Source: Desulforegulaceae bacterium (GTDB lineage Bacteria > Desulfobacterota > Desulfobacteria > Desulfobacterales > JACKCP01). From it: DNA of 64,000 nt. Positions within the stretch are counted from its first letter, which is position 1. Each line of letters begins with the position of its first letter. The translations under genes were made by a program, and so were the position numbers. The stretch is from contig JAVERC010000005.1 of the NCBI GenBank assembly GCA_034007295.1, positions 69,913-133,912 on the forward strand. Reading direction: 5' to 3'. Shown here piece after piece: positions 37,375-48,606 of this stretch. The notes beneath the pieces are model-generated. The model ran no database searches. It saw only the letters and a program-made list of their open reading frames with translations, and was not told the DNA's origin.

Positions 37375-38895
37375 ATGGCTAAACAGGCAAAAACAGCAGT
37401 AAATCCAACAAGAAATGAAGATTATCCAGAATGGTATCAGCAGGTTGTAAAAGTCTCTGAACTTGCAGAGGCATCGCCTGTCAGGGGGTGTATGGTTATA
37501 AAACCCTGGGGGTATGCACTTTGGGAAAATATGGTCAGGGTTTTAGATGACATGTTCAAGGAAACAGGTGTTAAAAATGCATATTTTCCACTTTTTATTC
37601 CTCTTGAGTTTATGGAAAAAGAGGCGGCTCATGTCGAAGGCTTTGCAAAGGAATGTGCAGTTGTTACCCATCACAGGCTCGAGTCAGATGGAAAAGGAGG
37701 GCTCAAACCTGCTGGAGAACTAGCAGAACCTCTTATAGTAAGACCTACTTCTGAAACAATAATTGGTGCCCAGTTTGCAAAATGGGTTACAAGCTACAGG
37801 GATCTTCCACTTTTAATTAACCAGTGGGCAAATGTAGTCAGATGGGAAATGCGAACACGAACATTTTTGCGTACAAGTGAATTTTTGTGGCAGGAAGGAC
37901 ATACAGCCCATTCTTCTTCAGAAGAAGCACAGTCAAGGACTAAAATGATGCTTGATGTATACAAGAAATTTGTTGAAGATTATCTTGCAATTCCAGTACT
38001 TCAGGGAAGAAAGTCTGAATCAGAAAAGTTTCCGGGAGCTGTTGAAACCTTGTGTATTGAGTCCATGATGCAGGATAAAAAAGCTTTGCAGACAGGAACC
38101 TCACACTTTCTTGGTCAAAATTTTTCAAAAGCTTCGGGTATAAAATTTCAAAATGAAGAAGGAAACGAAGAACTCGCCTATACAACCTCTTGGGGTGCTT
38201 CAACAAGGATGATAGGTGGGATAATAATGGTTCACGGGGATGACGACGGAATAATGCTCCCCCCAAGGGTTGCTTCAGCACATGTTGTAATACTTCCGGT
38301 TTTTCCTAAAAATGCAGATAAAGATGTTATAATTTCTTTTTGTGACAATATTTATGATGAACTTAAAAATTTAAAATATTTTGATAAAAATTTAAGAATA
38401 GAAAAAGATTATCGTGATGTACCTGGAAAAAACTGGGATTGGATTAAAAAAGGGGTCCCTTTAAGAATTGAGGTCGGGCCAAGGGATATTGAAAATAATT
38501 GTGCAATGGTTTCAAGGCGTGATCTTGGTCTGAAAGAGAAAAAAGCATATGAAATAAATGAACTTAAATCTCAAGTTTGTGATATCCTTGATTCAATTCA
38601 TTGTTCTATGTTTGAAAGGGCAAAAGATTTTTTAAAAAAAAATACAAAAGAAATAGACAGCAAAGATGATTTCGTTTCCTTTTTTAACCCTAAAAATGAA
38701 GAAAAGCCTGAAATACATGGAGGATTTGCAGTTTCACCATGGTGTGGAGAGGCAGATTGCGAGGAAAAAATAAAGGAAGATCTTAAAGTTACAATACGAT
38801 GCCTTCCTTTTGATTTTAAAATAAATCAGGGCGAAAAATGTATTTATTGTAACAAAGACGCAAAAGAAAAAGCTGTTTTTGCTAAAGCATATTAA
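37375..38895 (+). CDS. proS: proline--tRNA ligase (archaeal/eukaryote-like type)
   Basis: Class II motifs, WYQQV...GCMVIKPWGY N-terminus and the C-terminal Zn-binding tail ending ...AKAY. Confidence 0.95.
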   Translation: MAKQAKTAVNPTRNEDYPEWYQQVVKVSELAEASPVRGCMVIKPWGYALWENMVRVLDDMFKETGVKNAYFPLFIPLEFMEKEAAHVEGFAKECAVVTHHRLESDGKGGLKPAGELAEPLIVRPTSETIIGAQFAKWVTSYRDLPLLINQWANVVRWEMRTRTFLRTSEFLWQEGHTAHSSSEEAQSRTKMMLDVYKKFVEDYLAIPVLQGRKSESEKFPGAVETLCIESMMQDKKALQTGTSHFLGQNFSKASGIKFQNEEGNEELAYTTSWGASTRMIGGIIMVHGDDDGIMLPPRVASAHVVILPVFPKNADKDVIISFCDNIYDELKNLKYFDKNLRIEKDYRDVPGKNWDWIKKGVPLRIEVGPRDIENNCAMVSRRDLGLKEKKAYEINELKSQVCDILDSIHCSMFERAKDFLKKNTKEIDSKDDFVSFFNPKNEEKPEIHGGFAVSPWCGEADCEEKIKEDLKVTIRCLPFDFKINQGEKCIYCNKDAKEKAVFAKAY

Positions 38896-38915
38896 TTGGA
38901 ATCGGGCAAAACATT

Positions 38916-41069
38916 ATGATCAGGATTAACGACATACTTGATAAAATTTTAGAATATCATCCTGATGCTGATATAGATATAGTTGAGAAAGCCTATATTT
39001 ATTCAGCAAGGGTGCATGATGGTCAGACAAGGCTTTCTGGAGAGCCTTATCTGTCACATCCCCTTGCTGTTGCCTGGATTCTTGCAAATATGCGTCTGGA
39101 TGTTGTCAGCATTGCAGCTGGTCTTTTGCATGATGTCATAGAAGACACACATGCAACCCATGAAGAAATTGCAGGTATTTTTGGAGATGAAGTAGCTCAT
39201 ATAGTTTCAGGTGTTACAAAAATAAGCAAGCTCAATGTTGAAAGTGCTGAATACAGGCAGGCTGAAAGCCTTAGAAAAATGATCCTTGCAATGGCAGATG
39301 ATTTAAGGGTCATTTTAATAAAGCTTGCAGACCGTCTTCATAATATGGAGACAATTCAGTTCCATAAAAAAGAAGAAAAAAAAATAAGAATTGCTCAGGA
39401 AACACGAGATATTTATTCACCTCTAGCATCAAGACTTGGTATTTATTCAATTAAGCAGAAATTTGACGAAATAGCCTTTGAAGTGCTTTATCCCAATGAG
39501 TTTAAAGATATAAAGGAACTTACCTCAAGGAATCTTGAGGAAAAAGAGCATTATATTGAAAAAGTAAGAAACATTATTATTGGAGAGCTTAATAAAAATG
39601 GAATAGAAGGAATCGTCCTTGGAAGGTATAAATCCATCCCAAGCATCTATGAAAAAATGCTTAAGCAGAACCTCAAATTTGATGAAGTATATGATTTAAT
39701 AGCTTTTAGAATAGTTCTTGACACAATACCAAGGTGCTATGAAGTGCTTGGTCTTATTCATTCTTTGTGGCGTCCAATAGCTCATAAAATTAAAGATTAT
39801 ATTGGAATGCCAAAATCCAATATGTATCAGTCTCTTCATACTACTGTTATTGGCCCTTATGGCGAAAGAATGGAAGTTCAGATAAGGACACAGTCAATGG
39901 ACAGGGTAGCAAAAACAGGTGTTGCAGCCCATTGGTCATACAAAGAAGGAAGAACAGCCGATCCAAAAATTGCCAAAAGTTTTGAGTGGGTTCAAAAACT
40001 TGTTGAAAATCAGGCTGACTTTCCTGAGCCTGAAGAATTTTTAGAAAATGTCAAAATAGATCTTTTTCCTGATGAAGTATATGTATTTACTCCAAGGGGA
40101 GATATCAAAAATCTTCCAAAAGGCTCTACGCCAATTGATTTTGCATACAGTATTCATACTGATGTGGGCAATACTTGTGCTGGTGCAAAGGTAAACAGCA
40201 GGATGGTGCCTTTGCACCATGTGCTTAAGAATGGAGATACTGTTGAAGTATTTACTTCAAATAATGTGAAGCCCAATCATGACTGGCTTTCTTATGCAAA
40301 AAGCGTACGTGCAAGATCAAGAATCAAGCGTTATCTTAAGCAGCAGGATAAGGAAAGAAGCATAAGTCTTGGAAGGGAAATGTGTGAAAAAATATTTAGA
40401 AAACACAAGCTCAATTTTAACAAACTATATTCTACAGATGAAATGACAGATATTGCTTCAAGATATGGTTATAAAGAGTCTGAAAGTCTTATTGCAGCAG
40501 TTGGTTACGGTAAAATTACTCCAAGGCAGATACTTAACCGTTTTCTTGAGAACAGGGAAGATAAATTTACAAAAGAAGAATCTGGAAATGTTTATGATGA
40601 ATCTGCAGAAGCACTTTTTCAGTCAGGCGAAGGCGAAATTATTGTTGATGGACTTGACGACCTTCTTACAAGAAGAGCACGATGCTGCAATCCGGTTCCT
40701 GGTGATCCGATAATTGGATATATCACCGAAGGTCATGGGATTACAATTCATGTAAAAAACTGCCCGAATGTAAAAGCTCAGACAAATCCAGAGCGTCTTG
40801 TTGCTGCAAGCTGGGGAAGAACAGCTGAAGGTACATATCCTGTAAAACTTATTGTTTCTGTCAAAGACAGGGTTGGTGCAGCAGCTGAAATAACAGGGGC
40901 CATAAGTGAAAACAATGCAAATATTGGCGAATTATCACTTAGAAAAAATGAAATTGGTGCTGTTTTTGATTTGACAATTAATGTCCCAAACAGGGATGTT
41001 CTTGAAAAAATACTTAAAAGGCTTAAATCAGTTAAGGATGTATATGAAGTAAAAAGAATTAAGAGCTAA
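38916..41069 (+). CDS. relA: bifunctional (p)ppGpp synthetase/hydrolase (RelA/SpoT family)
   Basis: HD domain (HPLAVA...LLHDVIEDT), synthetase domain (YKSIPSIYEKM...YQSLHTTV) and TGS and ACT C-terminal domains. Confidence 0.95.
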   Translation: MIRINDILDKILEYHPDADIDIVEKAYIYSARVHDGQTRLSGEPYLSHPLAVAWILANMRLDVVSIAAGLLHDVIEDTHATHEEIAGIFGDEVAHIVSGVTKISKLNVESAEYRQAESLRKMILAMADDLRVILIKLADRLHNMETIQFHKKEEKKIRIAQETRDIYSPLASRLGIYSIKQKFDEIAFEVLYPNEFKDIKELTSRNLEEKEHYIEKVRNIIIGELNKNGIEGIVLGRYKSIPSIYEKMLKQNLKFDEVYDLIAFRIVLDTIPRCYEVLGLIHSLWRPIAHKIKDYIGMPKSNMYQSLHTTVIGPYGERMEVQIRTQSMDRVAKTGVAAHWSYKEGRTADPKIAKSFEWVQKLVENQADFPEPEEFLENVKIDLFPDEVYVFTPRGDIKNLPKGSTPIDFAYSIHTDVGNTCAGAKVNSRMVPLHHVLKNGDTVEVFTSNNVKPNHDWLSYAKSVRARSRIKRYLKQQDKERSISLGREMCEKIFRKHKLNFNKLYSTDEMTDIASRYGYKESESLIAAVGYGKITPRQILNRFLENREDKFTKEESGNVYDESAEALFQSGEGEIIVDGLDDLLTRRARCCNPVPGDPIIGYITEGHGITIHVKNCPNVKAQTNPERLVAASWGRTAEGTYPVKLIVSVKDRVGAAAEITGAISENNANIGELSLRKNEIGAVFDLTINVPNRDVLEKILKRLKSVKDVYEVKRIKS

Positions 41070-41071
41070 AA

Positions 41072-41113
41072 ATTGATTGACCATAAAGTCAAAATTTTTT
41101 GTTCAGCAAGTAT
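41072..41113 (+). repeat. short form of repeat family 1
   Basis: attgattgaccataaagtcaaaattttttgttcagcaagtat, starting 3 nt after the relA stop. Confidence 0.5.
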
Positions 41114-41127
41114 GTAATAAAATTTTA

Positions 41128-41170
41128 AACCCCGGCATAATATTTATACCGGGGTTAAATTCTTTTTTTA
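41128..41170 (+). terminator. rho-independent terminator after relA
   Basis: AACCCCGG-N13-CCGGGGTT followed by aaattcTTTTTTTATTT. Confidence 0.65.
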
Positions 41171-41232
41171 TTTAACCTAAATTAATTATTTTGAAATCAA
41201 GACTTGATCTAAAATAGATTATAAAACTTATA

Positions 41233-41378
41233 CTTAGTTGCTGAACGAAAACGGCCTTTTTTGTCCATTCTTAAGTCAGATTCAAAATTTAATCCTCAAA
41301 ATACTCAATGTATCCTAAAGGTTAAATTTCTCATCTTCCTTGAATGAAACAAAATTCTCGTTTTCGGCGAATCACTAT
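41233..41378 (-). repeat. repeat family 1, full-length (copy 7)
   Basis: Near-identical to copy 4 over ~100 bp (cttagttgctgaacgaaaacggccttttttgtccattcttaagtcagattcaaaatttaatcctcaaaatactcaatgtatcc). Confidence 0.8.
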
Positions 41379-41399
41379 TTAGGCTTAAAAAGATTTTTA

Positions 41400-41591
41400 T
41401 CAGGGTGCTTTAACAACTTTGCCTGATTTGATACAGTTTGTACATGCCTGAATTGTTTTTACTCTTCCGTTATAAAGAGCTCTAACTCTCTGAATATTTG
41501 GATTAAAGCGTCTCTTATTAACATTATGGGCATGGCTTATATTGCTTCCCACCATTGGCTTTTTGCCACAGATTGCACATTGTTTTGACAT
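41400..41591 (-). CDS. rpmB: 50S ribosomal protein L28
   Basis: [32 protein letters not shown] is the canonical L28 sequence. AAGGAG RBS. Confidence 0.95.
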   Translation of the reverse strand: MSKQCAICGKKPMVGSNISHAHNVNKRRFNPNIQRVRALYNGRVKTIQACTNCIKSGKVVKAP

Positions 41592-41717
41592 TTAACTATC
41601 TCCTTATAAACTATTGTTTCCCCTGAGCTTAAGGCGGTTAATTTCACAAAAAAAAATTATTATACCAAAAAAATAAAGATGTAAAGGCTTAAGTTTTTAA
41701 TATAATCTGAAAAAAAA

Positions 41718-42377
41718 TTATTTTTTTTCTTTTAATGACTCATTTTTTAACTTTTGTGCTTTTTCTAGATTTTGGGCAGCCTTTTTTGCTGCTGGAGTAT
41801 CTGTAAAGCTTTTAATAATTTCTTTATATCTCATTATTGCTGCGTCAAAAGATTTTTCCTTTAGATAAAAATCACCTACATAAAGTTCTGAATTTGCAAG
41901 CCTTTCAACGCATTCCTTTGAATGCTTTTCAGCTGTTTCTGCATATTCTGAGTCAGGATAAGTCTGGAGAAACTTTATGAAATACTTTAATGCCTGTTTT
42001 GTATAAAGCTGATCCCGGTCAATGGAAAGGATCTGCTTATAGTATGATTCTGCTATTCTAAATGATGCCTTTTCAGTTTCAGGGTGAACTGGATGCAGTC
42101 TTTCAAAAAGTTTATAGGCTACTATTGCTTCATCATATTTTTTCATTTCAAAATATGAATCGCCTATTTTTATTTGTGCTTCCTTTACATGCTCACTGAA
42201 GGGATACCAGTTTTTTAGCTGCTCATACAGCTCAATTGCATCAAGGTAGTCTTCATCTTTATACTCTTTTCTTGCTTCGGTTATGAGCTCTGTCGCAGTT
42301 TTTTCTGTTTCCTTATGGAAAAGGCCACAGCCTGAAAAAAAGACTGCTATCAATGCAAGAACAAAAATTTTTTTCAT
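41718..42377 (-). CDS. bamD: outer-membrane protein assembly factor BamD (TPR lipoprotein)
   Basis: Lipobox FFSGC and TPR-like repeats with a YfiO-type pattern. TAATG coupling to trxB. Confidence 0.8.
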   Translation of the reverse strand: MKKIFVLALIAVFFSGCGLFHKETEKTATELITEARKEYKDEDYLDAIELYEQLKNWYPFSEHVKEAQIKIGDSYFEMKKYDEAIVAYKLFERLHPVHPETEKASFRIAESYYKQILSIDRDQLYTKQALKYFIKFLQTYPDSEYAETAEKHSKECVERLANSELYVGDFYLKEKSFDAAIMRYKEIIKSFTDTPAAKKAAQNLEKAQKLKNESLKEKK

Positions 42378-43303
42378 TATGAAAGGCCTTCAATATACTG
42401 ATCTGCACAAAAAGCTGCAATCGCTGCGTCTCCAACAGCAGTTGAAACCTGTCTAAGGGGAGTATTCCTGACATCGCCTGCTGCAAAAATACCTTTTGCT
42501 GATGTCTCCATCCTATTGTTTGTTATTATAAATCCACTTTCATCAACCTTAATTTGAGCATTTAGAAATTCAGTATTTGGGAGTGTGCCAACCCAGATAA
42601 AACATCCTTCTGCTTCAATTTTTTTTATTTCGCCTGTTTTTACATTTTTAACACTAACAGCTTCAACGCTCTTACTGCCGAGTATTTCAGTCGCTGTGCT
42701 GTCCCATACCATTTCTACTTTTTCATTAGATAATATTCTGTCCTGAAGAATTTTAGTAGCCCTAAGCTTGTCTCTTCTATGAACCAAATAAACTTTTCTG
42801 GCAAATTTTGTAAGGAAAAGAGTTTCCTGGACAGCAGTGTCCCCTCCGCCGATTGCTATCACATCTTTATTTCTGAAAAACATTGCATCGCATGTTGCAC
42901 AGGTTGACACTCCTTTTCCATATAAAGTGTTTTCTCCTGGGATTCCTAGTTTTTTTGGAGAGCATCCCGATGCAATAATAACAGTCTTTGAATTTACTGA
43001 TTTGTCGGACAGGTTAATTTTTTTTATTTTACTGTCAGTTTCAAGACTTTTTACATCTCCTTGAATAATTTCAAGACCAAAGTTTTTTGCCTGCTGTTCC
43101 ATTTTCATTGTCAGGTCATACCCTGCAAGGCCCTCTGGAAAACCAGGGTAATTTTCAATCCAGTCTGTAATCATTATTTGTCCGCCTGGGGTATGTTTTT
43201 CTATTAAGAGAGCCGATAAACCGGCTCTCTTGGCATAAATACCTGCTGTAAGGCCGGCAGGTCCCCCACCAATGATTACCACATCGTAATCATTTTTATC
43301 CAT
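42377..43303 (-). CDS. trxB: thioredoxin-disulfide reductase
   Basis: IIGGGPAG FAD motif, redox-active CATCD and GGGDTA NADPH motif. Confidence 0.95.
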   Translation of the reverse strand: MDKNDYDVVIIGGGPAGLTAGIYAKRAGLSALLIEKHTPGGQIMITDWIENYPGFPEGLAGYDLTMKMEQQAKNFGLEIIQGDVKSLETDSKIKKINLSDKSVNSKTVIIASGCSPKKLGIPGENTLYGKGVSTCATCDAMFFRNKDVIAIGGGDTAVQETLFLTKFARKVYLVHRRDKLRATKILQDRILSNEKVEMVWDSTATEILGSKSVEAVSVKNVKTGEIKKIEAEGCFIWVGTLPNTEFLNAQIKVDESGFIITNNRMETSAKGIFAAGDVRNTPLRQVSTAVGDAAIAAFCADQYIEGLS

Positions 43304-43314
43304 TATTTAGACCC

Positions 43315-43641
43315 CTAAATTAAGGTTTTAATTTTTTCTTCAAGCTGTTCTTTTGTTGCAAGTCCAGTTTGCTGGCTGGCGACTGAGCCGTTTTTAAAAA
43401 AAATAAGAGTAGGTATTGCTTTTATTTCAAATTTACCAGGTGTGAGAGGGTTTTCATCGACATTACATTTGCAGAATTTAATTTTGTCACCGTATGTAAC
43501 TGCCAGATCTTCAACAGTTGGAGCAATTGCCCTGCAAGGTCCGCACCATGGAGCCCAGAAATCTACAAGCACAGGTTTTTCAGACTTTAGAACTTCTGCT
43601 TCAAAATTTGAGTCTCCTATTTCAATTACTGCATCACTCAT
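43315..43641 (-). CDS. trxA: thioredoxin
   Basis: WAPWCGPC active site. Start set at MSDAVIE (AAAGGA RBS) rather than the upstream in-frame ATG at 43734. Confidence 0.9.
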   Translation of the reverse strand: MSDAVIEIGDSNFEAEVLKSEKPVLVDFWAPWCGPCRAIAPTVEDLAVTYGDKIKFCKCNVDENPLTPGKFEIKAIPTLIFFKNGSVASQQTGLATKEQLEEKIKTLI

Positions 43642-43819
43642 TTGTTTTGTCCTTTCATTTGTATTTGAATTTAATTTTTTTATAATTCTTATTTTATGGT
43701 TATAATAAAAATCATATTCTCCAATGTCAATCAATCAAAGTAAACTTTAAGTTTTTTTGAGAATAAAATTCAAAATAGGTTACAAGTATTTTTTGATGAA
43801 TGCAAATTATGAAAATTAG

Positions 43820-44166
43820 ATAGTGATTGGCCGAAAACGAGAATTTTTTGTTCAGTTCTTAAGGAAGATGAAAATTTTTATTCATTCCTATTGATGAATC
43901 ACAAGTTTGCTGCGTTCAAAGTCAAATTTTATGAGGCTATTATTTTGCTGTAGGTGATGCAATTTAGTGCATAAGATGCTGAAACATTGCAAATTCTGAA
44001 GGATTTGCATATTTTATAGAACAAGCTGAATTCATAGAGATTTTATTTGTTTAAAAATATGAAATATTAAATTCAGGCACAGGAATATATTGAACTTTTT
44101 GAGGCTTAAATTTTGAATCTGACTTAAGAATGGACAAAAAAGGCCGTTTTTGTTCAGCAACTATAT
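43820..44166 (+). repeat. repeat family 1 copy 8, carrying a nested family 2 element
   Basis: Family 1 left end (atagtgattggccgaaaacgagaattttttgttcag) and right end (gaatctgacttaagaatggacaaaaaaggccgtttttgttcagcaactata) are separated by ~185 bp of family 2 sequence. Confidence 0.75.
43879..44062 (-). repeat. repeat family 2 (copy A), nested, reverse orientation
   Basis: The reverse complement of 48607-48801 aligns along its length, e.g. caagtttgctgc..., gtgatgcaattta..., tttaaaaatatgaaa. Confidence 0.65.
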
Positions 44167-44174
44167 AATTTTTT

Positions 44175-45395
44175 TTAGGAAAGGGATTTGAAAGATTCGT
44201 CTGTCCATCTGCATGCTTCAAGATAAATTAAAGGCAGTTTTTTTTCATTAAGTTTAAGTTTTTTCTGGAGTTCAAGTACTTGATCAAATTTTGCCTGTTC
44301 ATAAAGAGATACAAGGACAAGAACTGGATAAAGAGGGCCTCTTTTTTCAAGATAGGCAAGGGTTATTTCATCCGAAAGAGGAAGTTCTGCAAGGATTTTT
44401 TTCATGGTATGTCCTAAAAGAGCATCTATCTGAGAAAATAGACCCATTGTAAAAAGTGCAGTTGGTGAAAATTTCGGATTATTTATTTCAATTCCAACAA
44501 GCTCGCAGAATTTAGCTCTTACAGAAGAATTCCTTAAAAGAGCGTTTTGCTTTTTTGATTCCATATTGGTTAACACAACAAGAGATGCAAGTTTTTTTAG
44601 TTCTTCAAGACCTATGAGAACTGCAGCATCTTTAATAGAAGATATTTTTTCAAGCCTTCTGTAATAAGCGGAATTAATATATCTTAAAATTTTGTATGAA
44701 AGCCCGACATCATGCTGAATAAGTTCTGCAATTTTATTCATTTGGGCATCCTTTTTGTTTATTTCTGAAATCAGATGGAGCAGCTGGATTTTATTTGAGG
44801 GTATATTTTGGCCCTTAATAATTTGAGGTCTGCAAAAGAAAAAACCTTGGAAAAGATCAAAACCCATTTTTTTTGCAATTTTGTATTCCTGTTCAGTTTC
44901 AACTTTTTCAGCAAGAATGGTTTTATTTTCTTTTAAAAATTTTCTGGCATATTTTTCTATTTCTTCAATGGGAGTGGCCCTGAAATTAAGTTTTATAATA
45001 TCTGCAATATCTACTAGGGGAGCTAGTGCTGGTCTGAATATAAAATCATCAAGTGCAATTTTATAGCCGTCTTTTTTTAGAAGAACGCATTCTCTTATAA
45101 GCTCTTTTGTAGGGGGAATATTTTCAAGTATTTCCACAACAATTGATTCCCTTGGAAAAATTAAAGGGATCTGCTTCATGATCAGATTTTCAGTGAAATT
45201 TATAAAAGCTTTTTTGCCGCCTGTAAGTTCATCAATTCCAAAATTAAAATATGTGTTTGTAAGGACATGGGAAGATGCAAGATCACCGTCAACATCTGGC
45301 ATGGCGTTTTCATAGCTGCTTCTGAAAAGAATTTCATAGGCAATTATTTCCATTTTAGTGTTGAATATTGGTTGTCTTGCTGTAAAAATTTCCAT
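44175..45395 (-). CDS. EAL domain plus HDOD domain protein (c-di-GMP signalling)
   Basis: N-terminal RQPIF...AYEILFRS EAL-type start and a C-terminal HDOD-like region. Confidence 0.85.
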   Translation of the reverse strand: MEIFTARQPIFNTKMEIIAYEILFRSSYENAMPDVDGDLASSHVLTNTYFNFGIDELTGGKKAFINFTENLIMKQIPLIFPRESIVVEILENIPPTKELIRECVLLKKDGYKIALDDFIFRPALAPLVDIADIIKLNFRATPIEEIEKYARKFLKENKTILAEKVETEQEYKIAKKMGFDLFQGFFFCRPQIIKGQNIPSNKIQLLHLISEINKKDAQMNKIAELIQHDVGLSYKILRYINSAYYRRLEKISSIKDAAVLIGLEELKKLASLVVLTNMESKKQNALLRNSSVRAKFCELVGIEINNPKFSPTALFTMGLFSQIDALLGHTMKKILAELPLSDEITLAYLEKRGPLYPVLVLVSLYEQAKFDQVLELQKKLKLNEKKLPLIYLEACRWTDESFKSLS

Positions 45396-45499
45396 AAATA
45401 AAGTTGCCAGGATAAATTTGTTTTAATAATTATTTTTTTATCAGTTTTTTTTCTTAATATAAATTAAATAAAAAAAACACAACAAAGGATTTAAATTAA

Positions 45500-46261
45500 A
45501 TGAATAAAGTCGCAATATTAATATCTGGTACAGGCTCAAATGCAGCAAAAATTTGCGAAAGCTGTCTTAAAAATGAAATTAATGCGAAAGTTGTTTGTGT
45601 AGGATCAGACAATATTGAAGCCAGAGGGCTTGAATATGCAAAAAAAAACAATATCCATACATTTGTAATTGATTATAAGAAAATTATTTCAAATTACAAT
45701 TCAAATTCTGATAAATTTAAACTCCCTGCTGATTTTGATTATGAGAATATAAATAAAAAACTGATGTTCTGTCCTGTCAAAGACAGGGAAAAATATTTAA
45801 AAACAAGGGTATCTGCTGAAAATGAGCTTTTGGAACAAATAATGGAGTTTGAGCCTGATTTGCTTGTGCTTGCAGGTTTCATGAGAACCTTAACGCCTTA
45901 TTTTATTGACAGGTTTTCTCCTGATCCTGATAATCCCAAAATTATGAACATTCATCCTGCTCTTCTTCCTTCCTTCCCTGGAACAGACGGCTATGGAGAT
46001 ACATTTGATTATGGGTGCAAGGTAGGGGGCTGCACTGTTCATTTTGTTGATTACGGAACAGATACTGGCCCAATTATTTTACAAAAGTCCTTTGAAATTT
46101 TACCTGGAGATTCTATTGAAAATGTCAGAAAAAAAGGTATTGAGCTTGAATGGCAGACCTATCCCTTAGCTGTGAAACTTTATTTTGATAAAAAAATAAA
46201 AATTATTGAATCTTTAAAAAAAGGTGTAAAAAGAAAAAAAGTGCAAATTAGCCTTGATTGA
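45500..46261 (+). CDS. purN: phosphoribosylglycinamide formyltransferase (with a ~50-aa insertion)
   Basis: ILISGTGSN, VLAGFMR, NIHPALLPSFPG and GCTVHFVD...DTGPII motifs. Confidence 0.85.
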   Translation: MNKVAILISGTGSNAAKICESCLKNEINAKVVCVGSDNIEARGLEYAKKNNIHTFVIDYKKIISNYNSNSDKFKLPADFDYENINKKLMFCPVKDREKYLKTRVSAENELLEQIMEFEPDLLVLAGFMRTLTPYFIDRFSPDPDNPKIMNIHPALLPSFPGTDGYGDTFDYGCKVGGCTVHFVDYGTDTGPIILQKSFEILPGDSIENVRKKGIELEWQTYPLAVKLYFDKKIKIIESLKKGVKRKKVQISLD

Positions 46262-46539
46262 TAGAATTAATAAATTTTAAAGGCTTCTGAAATTAAGATA
46301 AATTTATTTTATGTTTGGACAAAAAAGGCAGTTTAATACCAGATGCTAAGTGTTTTATAAGGTTTAGTTTTTAATTTTAAATTAAATTCAACTTTGGTGT
46401 TTGATAAATTAGAGTTTTATTTTTTTTAGAAACATTGTTTAAATGGTTTGAAGGTTATTTTTTCTTATAGTATTGTCTATATATTTTTATTTTAAAGTTT
46501 CTTGCAGTTTTACAGATTATAAATATTTAGGGGGAAAGA

Positions 46540-48606
46540 ATGAAATTTTTGAATAATCTCAAAGTTGGTCTCAGAATGGGAATTGGCTTTGGTCTTCTGG
46601 TAATAATAATATTTTTTATTGGTGCGTCCTGGTATATGGCAGCATCAAGCAATAAAAAAAATATAAATGAAATTGCCGAAGTAAGGCTTCCAAGCCTGGT
46701 ATCAATTCTTGATATGGAATATGAATTTGAAAAGGTGGTCACAGCCCAAAGAACTCTTCTTAATCCTGAAAATGATATTGAAACAAGAAATGCTCAATAT
46801 AAGGCTATTACTGAAGCAAGAAATAAATATTCTAATGCAATAGATGAGTATTTGAAACTTCCCCAGACTTTTGAAGAAAAAAAAGAATGGGATCAGTTTA
46901 TGACTCATCTTAAAGAATGGGCTGATGTAAACAACAGCTTTCTTTCACTAGCCAAGGATCTTGACAAAACAGGAATTTTAAATCCAAAGGAGCTTATGAG
47001 CAGAATTCAGATGTTCAGGGGAGGTCATAGTGAACTGATGAACAAGGCTTTAATGCTTATTTTTGAGGGCAGGGAGTTTTCTGGCGGAGAAGATTATCAG
47101 TCTTGCAATTTTGGGTTTTGGCTTTCGGATTTTACGACCCCAAATCAGGTTCTGACAAACCTAATCAATGATATTAAGCCAAACCATGTAAAGTTTCATC
47201 AGGCAATAGGAAAAATAAAGGAAGCTGTTAAAAACGGTGATAAAGAAACTGCCTTAAAAATTTTTGATGAAGAAATGAGTGCCTCATCAAAACTTGTATT
47301 TGAAGGTTTTGATTCTATAATTGATGAAACATTTAATGCATTCACAATTCAGGAAGAAATGTCAAAACTTGCCATGCTTGAGGTCTTGGAAAAACAGGAA
47401 AAAACCCTGGGACATTTGGATGCAGTAAGCAAAATAAATTTAGATCTTGCAAATAATCAGAAAAAAATTGCAAATGTAAAAGCTGATTCAAATATGAGAT
47501 TTTCTTTGTTTTCCCTTTTTACAGGTTTTATTCTTGCAGTTATTTTTGGTTTTATTGTTACAAGAAGTATTCTCACACCTTTAAGACAGAGTGCAAAACT
47601 TTTTAAAGCAATATCAGAAGGTGATATGACCCAGAATATTCCAAAGGCACTTTTGGCTCAAAAAGATGAGCTTGGAGATATGGGACGCCAAATTGATGAA
47701 ATGACAAAGTCTTTGAGAAAAGTTTTTTCTGATCTTGGCAAGGGAGTAAAAACCCTGGCATCTTCGTCAACTGAACTTTCAGCTGTTTCAGACCAGACAG
47801 CACAAGGAGCAAAGGAATCAAGTAAAAGTGCTGAAACAGTTGCAGCAGCAGCTGAAGAACTAACAGCCTCAGCTGGTTCAATGGTTCATAAAATGGAAGA
47901 TTCAGCAGGGAATCTTAATTCTGTTGCATCAGCAATGGAGCAGATGACTTCAACAATTTCTGAAATTGCAGCAAATACTTCAACGGCAAATCAAAGAACA
48001 GAAGAATCTGTAAAACAGATTGAGCGTTTTGCAAAAGTAATGAAGGAGCTTGGAGATGCCGCAGATCAAATAGGTAAGGTTACAGAAACAATAAGTAATA
48101 TTTCGGATCAGACAAATCTGCTTGCACTTAATGCTACTATTGAAGCAGCAAGAGCTGGAGAAGCAGGAAGAGGGTTTGCTGTTGTAGCAGGTGAAATAAA
48201 AGAGCTTGCATCTCAGACAGCTGAAGCAACTAAAGATATTAGTCTTAGAATAGGCGGTATTCAGGAAGCTGCTCAAAGAGCCGAAGCAGATGTTAACGGA
48301 ATTGTAAAGGGGATTGGACAAGTAGACGACATTGTTTCTGCAATAGCTTCTGCAGTTGAGGAACAGACATCTGCAATAGGCGAAGTAAGTTTAAATGTTA
48401 ATAATGTATCTGCTATGGTAAATGAGGCAAGCAACCAAAGCAGCGAAATGAAAAACGTGTCAGAAGAAATTTCAAGGGATATGTCATCTGTAAGTGCATC
48501 AGCTGTTCAGGTTGAAGGTGCAAGTGCTCAGGTTCAGCAGACAGTTCGTGAACTTTCAAATCTTTCCGAGGAAATTCAGGAGATGATTATGCAGTTTAAA
48601 GTATAA
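46540..48606 (+). CDS. methyl-accepting chemotaxis protein
   Basis: N-terminal TM, periplasmic 4-helix-like sensor, second TM, HAMP and the conserved signalling hairpin [28 protein letters not shown]. Confidence 0.9.
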   Translation: MKFLNNLKVGLRMGIGFGLLVIIIFFIGASWYMAASSNKKNINEIAEVRLPSLVSILDMEYEFEKVVTAQRTLLNPENDIETRNAQYKAITEARNKYSNAIDEYLKLPQTFEEKKEWDQFMTHLKEWADVNNSFLSLAKDLDKTGILNPKELMSRIQMFRGGHSELMNKALMLIFEGREFSGGEDYQSCNFGFWLSDFTTPNQVLTNLINDIKPNHVKFHQAIGKIKEAVKNGDKETALKIFDEEMSASSKLVFEGFDSIIDETFNAFTIQEEMSKLAMLEVLEKQEKTLGHLDAVSKINLDLANNQKKIANVKADSNMRFSLFSLFTGFILAVIFGFIVTRSILTPLRQSAKLFKAISEGDMTQNIPKALLAQKDELGDMGRQIDEMTKSLRKVFSDLGKGVKTLASSSTELSAVSDQTAQGAKESSKSAETVAAAAEELTASAGSMVHKMEDSAGNLNSVASAMEQMTSTISEIAANTSTANQRTEESVKQIERFAKVMKELGDAADQIGKVTETISNISDQTNLLALNATIEAARAGEAGRGFAVVAGEIKELASQTAEATKDISLRIGGIQEAAQRAEADVNGIVKGIGQVDDIVSAIASAVEEQTSAIGEVSLNVNNVSAMVNEASNQSSEMKNVSEEISRDMSSVSASAVQVEGASAQVQQTVRELSNLSEEIQEMIMQFKV

